Shown piece by piece: positions 41,000-52,900 of a DNA stretch of 64,000 nt (position 1 is the first letter of the stretch; the number at the start of each line of letters is the position of its first letter). Under the pieces are notes generated by a model. It saw only the letters and a list, made by a program, of their open reading frames with translations. It was not told the DNA's origin and did not search any database. The DNA lies in assembly GCA_964016885.1 (NCBI GenBank), contig OZ024758.1, forward strand, positions 33,666,001 to 33,730,000, in the 5' to 3' direction. The translations under genes were made by a program, and so were the position numbers. This DNA is from Eledone cirrhosa. Its lineage: Eukaryota.

Positions 41000-43900
41000 G
41001 TCAGAAGTAACTCCACTGTTGGTGAGAATTCATTTAAGTCATGGTATTATCTGTCAGAAGTAACTCCATTGTTGGTGAGAATTCATTTAAGTCATGGTAC
41101 TAGCTGTCAGAAGTAACTCCACTGTTGGTGAGAATTCATTTAAGTTCATGGTACTAGCTGTCAGAAGTAACTCCACTGTTGGTGAGAATTCATTTAAGTT
41201 CATGGTACTAGCTGTCAGAAGTAACTCCACTGTTGGTGAGAATTCATTTAAGTTCATGGTACTAGCTGTCAGAAGTAACTCCACTGTTGGTGAGAATTCA
41301 TTTAAGTTCATGGTATTAGCTGTCAGAAGTCACTCCAATGTTGGTGAGTTCATTTAAGTTCATGGTATTAGCTGTCAGAAGTCACTCCACTGTTGGTGAG
41401 AATTCATTTTAGTTCATGGTACTAGCTGTCAGAAGTAACCCCAATGTTGGTGAGAATTCATTTAAGTTCATGGTATTAGCTGTCAGAAGTCACTCCAATG
41501 TTGGTTAGAATTCATTTAAGTTCATGGTATTAGCTGTCAGAAGTAACTCCACTGTTGGTGAGAATTCATTTAAGTTCATGGTATTAGCTGTCAGAAGTAA
41601 CTCCACTGTTGGTGAGAATTCATTTAAGTTCATGGTACAAGTTGTCAGAAGTAACTCCACTGTTGGTGAGAATTCATTTAAGTTCATGGTATTAGCTGTC
41701 AGAAGGAACGCCACTGTTGGTGAGAATTCATTTAAGTTCATGGTATTAGCTGTCAGAAGTAACTCCACTGTTGGTGAGAATTCATTTAAGTTCATTTTAC
41801 TAGCCGTCAGAAGTAACTCCAATGTTGGTGAGAATTCATTTAAGTTCATGGTATTAGCTGTCAGAAGGAACTCTACTGTTGGTGAGAATTCATTTAAGTT
41901 CATGGTATTAGCTGTCAGAAGTAACTCCACTGTTGGTGAGAATTCATTTAAGTTCATGGTACTAGTTGTCAGAAGTAACTCCACTGTTGGTGAGAATTCA
42001 TTTAAGTTCATGGTATTAGTTGTCAGAAGTAACTCCACTGTTGGTGAGAATTCATTTAAGTCATGGTATTAGTTGTCAGAAGTAACTCCAATGTTGGTGA
42101 GAATTCATTTAAGTTCATGGTACTAGCTGTCAGAAGTAACTCCACTGTTGGTGAGAATTCATTTAAGTTCATGGTATTAGCTGTCAGAAGTAACTCCACT
42201 GTTGGTGAGAATTCATTTAAGTCATGGTATTAGCTGTCAGAAGTAACTCCATTGTTGGTGAGAATTCATTTAAGTCATGGTACTAGCTGTCAGAAGTAAC
42301 TCCACTGTTGGTGAGAATTCATTTAAGTTCATGGTATTAGCTGTCAGAAGGAACTCCACTGTTGGTGAGAATTCATTTAAGTTCATGGTACTAGCTGTCA
42401 GAAGTAACTCCACTGTTGGTGAGAATTCATTTAAGTTCATGGTATTAGTTTGTCAGAAGTAACTCCACTGTTGGTGAGAATTCATTTAAGTTCATGGTAT
42501 TAGCTGTCAGAAGTAACTCCACTGTTGGTGAGAATTCATTTAAGTCATGGTATTAGCTGTCAGAAGTAACTCCATTGTTGGTGAGAATTCATTTAAGTCA
42601 TGGTACTAGCTGTCAGAAGTAACTCCACTGTTGGTGAGAATTCATTTAAGTTCATGGTACTAGCTGTCAGAAGTAACTCCACTGTTGGTGAGAATTCATT
42701 TAAGTTCATGGTACTAGCTGTCAGAAGTAACTCCACTGTTGGTGAGAATTCATTTAAGTTCATGGTATTAGCTGTCAGAAGTCACTCCACTGTTGGTGAG
42801 AATTCATTTAAGTTCATGGTACTAGCTGTCAGAAGTAACCCCAATGTTGGTGAGAATTCATTTAAGTTCATGGTATTAGCTGTCAGAAGTCACTCCAATG
42901 TTGGTGAGAATTCATTTAAGTTCATGGTATTAGCTGTCAGAAGTAACTCCACTGTTGGTGAGAATTCATTTAAGTTCATGGTATTAGCTGTCAGAAGTAA
43001 CTCCACTGTTGGTGAGAATTCATTTAAGTTCATGGTATTAGTTGTCAGAAGTAACTCCACTGTTGGTGAGAATTCATTTAAGTCATGGTATTAGTTGTCA
43101 GAAGTAACTCCAATGTTGGTGAGAATTCATTTAAGTTCATGGTACTAGCTGTCAGAAGTAACTCCACTGTTGGTGAGAATTAATTTAAGTTCATGGTATT
43201 AGCTGTCAGAAGTAACTCCACTGTTGGTGAGAATTCATTTAAGTCATGGTATTAGCTGTCAGAAGTAACTCCATTGTTGGTGAGAATTCATTTAAGTCAT
43301 GGTACTAGCTGTCAGAAGTAACTCCACTGTTGGTGAGAATTCATTTAAGTTCATGGTATTAGCTGTCAGAAGGAACTCCACTGTTGGTGAGAATTCATTT
43401 AAGTTCATGGTACTAGCTGTCAGAAGTAACTCCACTGTTGGTGAGAATTCATTTAAGTTCATGGTATTAGTTTGTCAGAAGTAACTCCACTGTTGGTGAG
43501 AATTCATTTAAGTTCATGGTATTAGCTGTCAGAAGTAACTCCACTGTTGGTGAGAATTCATTTAAGTCATGGTATTAGCTGTCAGAAGTAACTCCATTGT
43601 TGGTGAGAATTCATTTAAGTCATGGTACTAGCTGTCAGAAGTAACTCCACTGTTGGTGAGAATTCATTTAAGTTCATGGTATTAGTTGTCAGAAGTAACT
43701 CCACTGTTGGTGAGAATTCATTTAAGTCATGGTATTAGTTGTCAGAAGTAACTCCAATGTTGGTGAGAATTCATTTAAGTTCATGGTACTAGCTGTCAGA
43801 AGTAACTCCACTGTTGGTGAGAATTAATTTAAGTTCATGGTATTAGCTGTCAGAAGTAACTCCACTGTTGGTGAGAATTCATTTAAGTCATGGTATTAGC

Positions 43901-46900
43901 TGTCAGAAGTAACTCCATTGTTGGTGAGAATTCATTTAAGTCATGGTACTAGCTGTCAGAAGTAACTCCACTGTTGGTGAGAATTCATTTAAGTTCATGG
44001 TATTAGCTGTCAGAAGGAACTCCACTGTTGGTGAGAATTCATTTAAGTTCATGGTACTAGCTGTCAGAAGTAACTCCACTGTTGGTGAGAATTCATTTAA
44101 GTTCATGGTATTAGTTTGTCAGAAGTAACTCCACTGTTGGTGAGAATTCATTTAAGTTCATGGTATTAGCTGTCAGAAGTAACTCCACTGTTGGTGAGAA
44201 TTCATTTAAGTCATGGTATTAGCTGTCAGAAGTAACTCCATTGTTGGTGAGAATTCATTTAAGTCATGGTACTAGCTGTCAGAAGTAACTCCACTGTTGG
44301 TGAGAATTCATTTAAGTTCATGGTACTAGCTGTCAGAAGTAACTCCACTGTTGGTGAGAATTCATTTAAGTTCATGGTATTAGCTGTCAGAAGTCACTCC
44401 ACTGTTGGTGAGAATTCATTTAAGTTCATGGTATTAGCTGTCACAAGTAACTCCACTGTTGGTGAGAATTCATTTAAGTTCATGGTATTAGCTGTCAGAA
44501 GTAACTCCACTGTTGGTGAGAATTCATTTAAGTTCATGGTATTAGCTGTCAGAAGTAACTCCACTGTTGGTGAGAATTCATTTAAGTTCATGGTATTAGT
44601 TGTCAGAAGTAACTCCACTGTTGGTGAGAATTCATTTAAGTCATGGTATTAGTTGTCAGAAGTAACTCCAATGTTGGTGAGAATTCATTTAAGTTCATGG
44701 TACTAGCTGTCAGAAGTAACTCCACTGTTGGTGAGAATTAATTTAAGTTCATGGTATTAGCTGTCAGAAGTAACTCCACTGTTGGTGAGAATTCATTTAA
44801 GTCATGGTATTAGCTGTCAGAAGTAACTCCATTGTTGGTGAGAATTCATTTAAGTCATGGTACTAGCTGTCAGAAGTAACTCCACTGTTGGTGAGAATTC
44901 ATTTAAGTTCATGGTATTAGCTGTCAGAAGTCACTCCACTGTTGGTGAGAATTCATTTAAGTTCATGGTACTAGCTGTCAGAAGTAACCCCAATGTTGGT
45001 GAGAATTCATTTAAGTTCATGGTATTAGCTGTCAGAAGTCACTCCAATGTTGGTGAGAATTCATTTAAGTTCATGGTATTAGCTGTCAGAAGTAACTCCA
45101 CTGTTGGTGAGAATTCATTTAAGTTCATGGTATTAGCTGTCAGAAGTAACTCCACTGTTGGTGAGAATTCATTTAAGTTCATGGTATTAGTTGTCAGAAG
45201 TAACTCCACTGTTGGTGAGAATTCATTTAAGTCATGGTATTAGTTGTCAGAAGTAACTCCAATGTTGGTGAGAATTCATTTAAGTTCATGGTACTAGCTG
45301 TCAGAAGTAACTCCACTGTTGGTGAGAATTAATTTAAGTTCATGGTATTAGCTGTCAGAAGTAACTCCACTGTTGGTGAGAATTCATTTAAGTCATGGTA
45401 TTAGCTGTCAGAAGTAACTCCATTGTTGGTGAGAATTCATTTAAGTCATGGTACTAGCTGTCAGAAGTAACTCCACTGTTGGTGAGAATTCATTTAAGTT
45501 CATGGTATTAGCTGTCAGAAGGAACTCCACTGTTGGTGAGAATTCATTTAAGTTCATGGTACTAGCTGTCAGAAGTAACTCCACTGTTGGTGAGAATTCA
45601 TTTAAGTTCATGGTATTAGTTTGTCAGAAGTAACTCCACTGTTGGTGAGAATTCATTTAAGTTCATGGTATTAGCTGTCAGAAGTAACTCCACTGTTGGT
45701 GAGAATTCATTTAAGTCATGGTATTAGCTGTCAGAAGTAACTCCATTGTTGGTGAGAATTCATTTAAGTCATGGTACTAGCTGTCAGAAGTAACTCCACT
45801 GTTGGTGAGAATTCATTTAAGTTCATGGTACTAGCTGTCAGAAGTAACTCCACTGTTGGTGAGAATTCATTTAAGTTCATGGTATTAGCTGTCAGAAGTC
45901 ACTCCACTGTTGGTGAGAATTCATTTAAGTTCATGGTATTAGCTGTCACAAGTAACTCCACTGTTGGTGAGAATTCATTTAAGTTCATGGTATTAGCTGT
46001 CAGAAGTAACTCCACTGTTGGTGAGAATTCATTTAAGTTCATGGTATTAGCTGTCAGAAGTAACTCCACTGTTGGTGAGAATTCATTTAAGTTCATGGTA
46101 TTAGCTGTCAGAAGGAACTCCAATGTTAGTGAGAATTCATTTAAGTCATGGTACTAGCTGTCAGAAGTAACTCCACTGTTGGTGAGAATTCATTTAAGTT
46201 CATGGTATTAGCTGTCAGAAGTAACTCCACTGTTGGTGAGAATTCATTTAAGTCATGGTATTATCTGTCAGAAGTAACTCCATTGTTGGTGAGAATTCAT
46301 TTAAGTCATGGTACTAGCTGTCAGAAGTAACTCCACTGTTGGTGAGAATTCATTTAAGTTCATGGTACTAGCTGTCAGAAGTAACTCCACTGTTGGTGAG
46401 AATTCATTTAAGTTCATGGTACTAGCTGTCAGAAGTAACTCCACTGTTGGTGAGAATTCATTTAAGTTCATGGTACTAGCTGTCAGAAGTAACTCCACTG
46501 TTGGTGAGAATTCATTTAAGTTCATGGTATTAGCTGTCAGAAGTCACTCCAATGTTGGTGAGTTCATTTAAGTTCATGGTATTAGCTGTCAGAAGTCACT
46601 CCACTGTTGGTGAGAATTCATTTTAGTTCATGGTACTAGCTGTCAGAAGTAACCCCAATGTTGGTGAGAATTCATTTAAGTTCATGGTATTAGCTGTCAG
46701 AAGTCACTCCAATGTTGGTTAGAATTCATTTAAGTTCATGGTATTAGCTGTCAGAAGTAACTCCACTGTTGGTGAGAATTCATTTAAGTTCATGGTATTA
46801 GCTGTCAGAAGTAACTCCACTGTTGGTGAGAATTCATTTAAGTTCATGGTACAAGTTGTCAGAAGTAACTCCACTGTTGGTGAGAATTCATTTAAGTTCA

Positions 46901-49900
46901 TGGTATTAGCTGTCAGAAGGAACGCCACTGTTGGTGAGAATTCATTTAAGTTCATGGTATTAGCTGTCAGAAGTAACTCCACTGTTGGTGAGAATTCATT
47001 TAAGTTCATTTTACTAGCCGTCAGAAGTAACTCCAATGTTGGTGAGAATTCATTTAAGTTCATGGTATTAGCTGTCAGAAGGAACTCTACTGTTGGTGAG
47101 AATTCATTTAAGTTCATGGTATTAGCTGTCAGAAGTAACTCCACTGTTGGTGAGAATTCATTTAAGTTCATGGTACTAGTTGTCAGAAGTAACTCCACTG
47201 TTGGTGAGAATTCATTTAAGTTCATGGTATTAGTTGTCAGAAGTAACTCCACTGTTGGTGAGAATTCATTTAAGTCATGGTATTAGTTGTCAGAAGTAAC
47301 TCCAATGTTGGTGAGAATTCATTTAAGTTCATGGTACTAGCTGTCAGAAGTAACTCCACTGTTGGTGAGAATTCATTTAAGTTCATGGTATTAGCTGTCA
47401 GAAGTAACTCCACTGTTGGTGAGAATTCATTTAAGTCATGGTATTAGCTGTCAGAAGTAACTCCATTGTTGGTGAGAATTCATTTAAGTCATGGTACTAG
47501 CTGTCAGAAGTAACTCCACTGTTGGTGAGAATTCATTTAAGTTCATGGTATTAGCTGTCAGAAGGAACTCCACTGTTGGTGAGAATTCATTTAAGTTCAT
47601 GGTACTAGCTGTCAGAAGTAACTCCACTGTTGGTGAGAATTCATTTAAGTTCATGGTATTAGTTTGTCAGAAGTAACTCCACTGTTGGTGAGAATTCATT
47701 TAAGTTCATGGTATTAGCTGTCAGAAGTAACTCCACTGTTGGTGAGAATTCATTTAAGTCATGGTATTAGCTGTCAGAAGTAACTCCATTGTTGGTGAGA
47801 ATTCATTTAAGTCATGGTACTAGCTGTCAGAAGTAACTCCACTGTTGGTGAGAATTCATTTAAGTTCATGGTACTAGCTGTCAGAAGTAACTCCACTGTT
47901 GGTGAGAATTCATTTAAGTTCATGGTACTAGCTGTCAGAAGTAACTCCACTGTTGGTGAGAATTCATTTAAGTTCATGGTATTAGCTGTCAGAAGTCACT
48001 CCACTGTTGGTGAGAATTCATTTAAGTTCATGGTACTAGCTGTCAGAAGTAACCCCAATGTTGGTGAGAATTCATTTAAGTTCATGGTATTAGCTGTCAG
48101 AAGTCACTCCAATGTTGGTGAGAATTCATTTAAGTTCATGGTATTAGCTGTCAGAAGTAACTCCACTGTTGGTGAGAATTCATTTAAGTTCATGGTATTA
48201 GCTGTCAGAAGTAACTCCACTGTTGGTGAGAATTCATTTAAGTTCATGGTATTAGTTGTCAGAAGTAACTCCACTGTTGGTGAGAATTCATTTAAGTCAT
48301 GGTATTAGTTGTCAGAAGTAACTCCAATGTTGGTGAGAATTCATTTAAGTTCATGGTACTAGCTGTCAGAAGTAACTCCACTGTTGGTGAGAATTAATTT
48401 AAGTTCATGGTATTAGCTGTCAGAAGTAACTCCACTGTTGGTGAGAATTCATTTAAGTCATGGTATTAGCTGTCAGAAGTAACTCCATTGTTGGTGAGAA
48501 TTCATTTAAGTCATGGTACTAGCTGTCAGAAGTAACTCCACTGTTGGTGAGAATTCATTTAAGTTCATGGTATTAGCTGTCAGAAGGAACTCCACTGTTG
48601 GTGAGAATTCATTTAAGTTCATGGTACTAGCTGTCAGAAGTAACTCCACTGTTGGTGAGAATTCATTTAAGTTCATGGTATTAGTTTGTCAGAAGTAACT
48701 CCACTGTTGGTGAGAATTCATTTAAGTTCATGGTATTAGCTGTCAGAAGTAACTCCACTGTTGGTGAGAATTCATTTAAGTCATGGTATTAGCTGTCAGA
48801 AGTAACTCCATTGTTGGTGAGAATTCATTTAAGTCATGGTACTAGCTGTCAGAAGTAACTCCACTGTTGGTGAGAATTCATTTAAGTTCATGGTACTAGC
48901 TGTCAGAAGTAACTCCACTGTTGGTGAGAATTCATTTAAGTTCATGGTATTAGCTGTCAGAAGTCACTCCACTGTTGGTGAGAATTCATTTAAGTTCATG
49001 GTATTAGCTGTCACAAGTAACTCCACTGTTGGTGAGAATTCATTTAAGTTCATGGTATTAGCTGTCAGAAGTAACTCCACTGTTGGTGAGAATTCATTTA
49101 AGTTCATGGTATTAGCTGTCAGAAGTAACTCCACTGTTGGTGAGAATTCATTTAAGTTCATGGTATTAGCTGTCAGAAGGAACTCCAATGTTAGTGAGAA
49201 TTCATTTAAGTCATGGTACTAGCTGTCAGAAGTAACTCCACTGTTGGTGAGAATTCATTTAAGTTCATGGTATTAGCTGTCAGAAGGAACGCCACTGTTG
49301 GTGAGAATTCATTTAACTTCATGGTATTAGCTGTCAGAAGTAACTCCACTGTTGGTGAGAATTCATTTAAGTTCATGGTACTAGCTGTCAGAAGTAACTC
49401 CAATGTTGGTGAGAATTCATTTAAGTTCATGGTATTAGCTGTCAGAAGGAACTCCACTGTTGGTGAGAATTCATTTAAGTTCATGGTATTAGCTGTCAGA
49501 AGTAACTCCACTGTTGGTGAGAATTCATTTAAGTTCATGGTACTAGTTGTCAGAAGTAACTCCACTGTTGGTGAGAATTCATTTAAGTTCATGGTATTAG
49601 CTGTCAGAAGGAACGCCACTGTTGGTGAGAATTCATTTAAGTTCATGGTATTAGCTGTCAGAAGTAACTCCACTGTTGGTGAGAATTCATTTAAGTTCAT
49701 TTTACTAGCTGTCAGAAGTAACCCCAATGTTGGTGAGAATTCATTTAAGTTCATGGTATTAGCTGTCAGAAGGAACTCCACTGTTGGTGAGAATTCATTT
49801 AAGTTCATGGTATTAGCTGTCAGAAGTAACTCCACTGTTGGTGAGAATTCATTTAAGTTCATGGTACTAGTTGTCAGAAGTAACTCCACTGTTGGTGAGA

Positions 49901-52900
49901 ATTCATTTAAGTTCATGGTATTAGTTGTCAGAAGTAACTCCACTGTTGGTGAGAATTCATTTAAGTCATGGTATTAGTTGTCAGAAGTAACTCCAATGTT
50001 GGTGAGAATTCATTTAAGTTCATGGTACTAGCTGTCAGAAGTAACTCCACTGTTGGTGAGAATTCATTTAAGTTCATGGTATTAGCTGTCAGAAGGAACT
50101 CCACTGTTGGTGAGAATTCATTTAAGTCATGGTATTAGCTGTCAGAAGTAACTCCATTGTTGGTGAGAATTCATTTAAGTCATGGTACTAGCTGTCAGAA
50201 GTAACTCCACTGTTGGTGAGAATTCATTTAAGTTCATGGTATTAGCTGTCAGAAGGAACTCCACTGTTGGTGAGAATTCATTTAAGTTCATGGTACTAGC
50301 TGTCAGAAGTAACTCCACTGTTGGTGAGAATTCATTTAAGTTCATGGTATTAGTTTGTCAGAAGTAACTCCACTGTTGGTGAGAATTCATTTAAGTTCAT
50401 GGTATTAGCTGTCAGAAGTAACTCCACTGTTGGTGAGAATTCATTTAAGTCATGGTATTAGCTGTCAGAAGTAACTCCATTGTTGGTGAGAATTCATTTA
50501 AGTCATGGTACTAGCTGTCAGAAGTAACTCCACTGTTGGTGAGAATTCATTTAAGTTCATGGTACTAGCTGTCAGAATTAACTCCACTGTTGGTGAGAAT
50601 TCATTTAAGTTCATGGTACTAGCTGTCAGAAGTAACTCCACTGTTGGTGAGAATTCATTTAAGTTCATGGTATTAGTTTGTCAGAAGTAACTCCACTGTT
50701 GGTGAGAATTCATTTAAGCCATGGTATTAGTTGTCAGAAGTAACTCCAATGTTGGTGAGAATTCATTTAAGTCATGGTACTAGCTGTCAGAAGTAACTCC
50801 AATGTTGGTGAGAATTCATTTAAGTTCATGGTATTAGCTGTCAGAAGGAACTCCACTGTTGGTGAGAATTCATTTAAGTTCATGGTATTAGCTGTCAGAA
50901 GTAACTCCAATGTTGGTGAGAATTCATTTAAGTTCATGGTATTAGCTGTCAGAAGTAACTCCACTGTTGGTGAGAATTCATTTAAGTTCATGGTACTAGC
51001 TGTCAGAAGTAACTCCACTGTTGGTGAGAATTCATTTAAGTTCATGGTATTAGCTGTCAGAAGTAACTCCACTGTTGGTGAGAATTCATTTAAGTTCATG
51101 GTATTAGCTGTCAGAAGTAACTCCACTGTTGGTGAGAATTCATTTAAGTTCATGGTACTAGCTGTCAGAAGTAACTCCACTGTTGGTGAGAATTCATTTA
51201 AGTTCATGGTATTAGCTTGTCAGAAGTAACTCCACTGTTGGTGAGAATTCATTTAAGTCATGGTATTAGTTGTCAGAAGTAACTCCAATGTTGGTGAGAA
51301 TTCATTTAAGTTCATGGTACTAGCTGTCAGAAGTAACTCCACTGTTGGTGAGAATTCATTTAAGTTCATGGTATTAGCTGTCAGAAGTAACTCCACTGTT
51401 GGTGAGAATTCATTTAAGTCATGGTATTATCTGTCAGAAGTAACTCCATTGTTGGTGAGAATTCATTTAAGTCATGGTACTAGCTGTCAGAAGTAACTCC
51501 ACTGTTGGTGAGAATTCATTTAAGTTCATGGTACTAGCTGTCAGAAGTAACTCCACTGTTGGTGAGAATTCATTTAAGTTCATGGTACTAGCTGTCAGAA
51601 GTAACTCCACTGTTGGTGAGAATTCATTTAAGTTCATGGTACTAGCTGTCAGAAGTAACTCCACTGTTGGTGAGAATTCATTTAAGTTCATGGTATTAGC
51701 TGTCAGAAGTCACTCCAATGTTGGTGAGTTCATTTAAGTTCATGGTATTAGCTGTCAGAAGTCACTCCACTGTTGGTGAGAATTCATTTTAGTTCATGGT
51801 ACTAGCTGTCAGAAGTAACCCCAATGTTGGTGAGAATTCATTTAAGTTCATGGTATTAGCTGTCAGAAGTCACTCCAATGTTGGTTAGAATTCATTTAAG
51901 TTCATGGTATTAGCTGTCAGAAGTAACTCCACTGTTGGTGAGAATTCATTTAAGTTCATGGTATTAGCTGTCAGAAGTAACTCCACTGTTGGTGAGAATT
52001 CATTTAAGTTCATGGTACAAGTTGTCAGAAGTAACTCCACTGTTGGTGAGAATTCATTTAAGTTCATGGTATTAGCTGTCAGAAGGAACGCCACTGTTGG
52101 TGAGAATTCATTTAAGTTCATGGTATTAGCTGTCAGAAGTAACTCCACTGTTGGTGAGAATTCATTTAAGTTCATTTTACTAGCTGTCAGAAGTAACTCC
52201 AATGTTGGTCAGAATTCATTTAAGTTCATGGTATTAGCTGTCAGAAGGAACTCCACTGTTGGTGAGAATTCATTTAAGTTCATGGTATTAGCTGTCAGAA
52301 GTAACTCCACTGTTGGTGAGAATTCATTTAAGTTCATGGTACTAGTTGTCAGAAGTAACTCCACTGTTGGTGAGAATTCATTTAAGTTCATGGTATTAGT
52401 TGTCAGAAGTAACTCCACTGTTGGTGAGAATTCATTTAAGTCATGGTATTAGTTGTCAGAAGTAACTCCAATGTTGGTGAGAATTCATTTAAGTTCATGG
52501 TACTAGCTGTCAGAAGTAACTCCACTGTTGGTGAGAATTCATTTAAGTTCATGGTATTAGCTGTCAGAAGTAACTCCACTGTTGGTGAGAATTCATTTAA
52601 GTCATGGTATTAGCTGTCAGAAGTAACTCCATTGTTGGTGAGAATTCATTTAAGTCATGGTACTAGCTGTCAGAAGTAACTCCACTGTTGGTGAGAATTC
52701 ATTTAAGTTCATGGTATTAGCTGTCAGAAGGAACTCCACTGTTGGTGAGAATTCATTTAAGTTCATGGTACTAGCTGTCAGAAGTAACTCCACTGTTGGT
52801 GAGAATTCATTTAAGTTCATGGTATTAGTTTGTCAGAAGTAACTCCACTGTTGGTGAGAATTCATTTAAGTTCATGGTATTAGCTGTCAGAAGTAACTCC

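Larger units (their letters stand above)
21770..43650. repeat. Long-range duplication: ~21770-28150 repeated at ~37380-43650 (offset 15610, then 15503), with a partial third copy at ~33610-36080 (offset 11842)
   Basis: Pairs 22037/37647 and 22891/38501 (15610); 24196/39699, 25584/41087 and 27796/43299 (15503); 22037/33879 and 23967/35809 (11842). Shared markers: gtacaagct, gaatacatt, catttcag, ggggagcatt, gtcaaaag, aacttcac. Confidence 0.9.
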
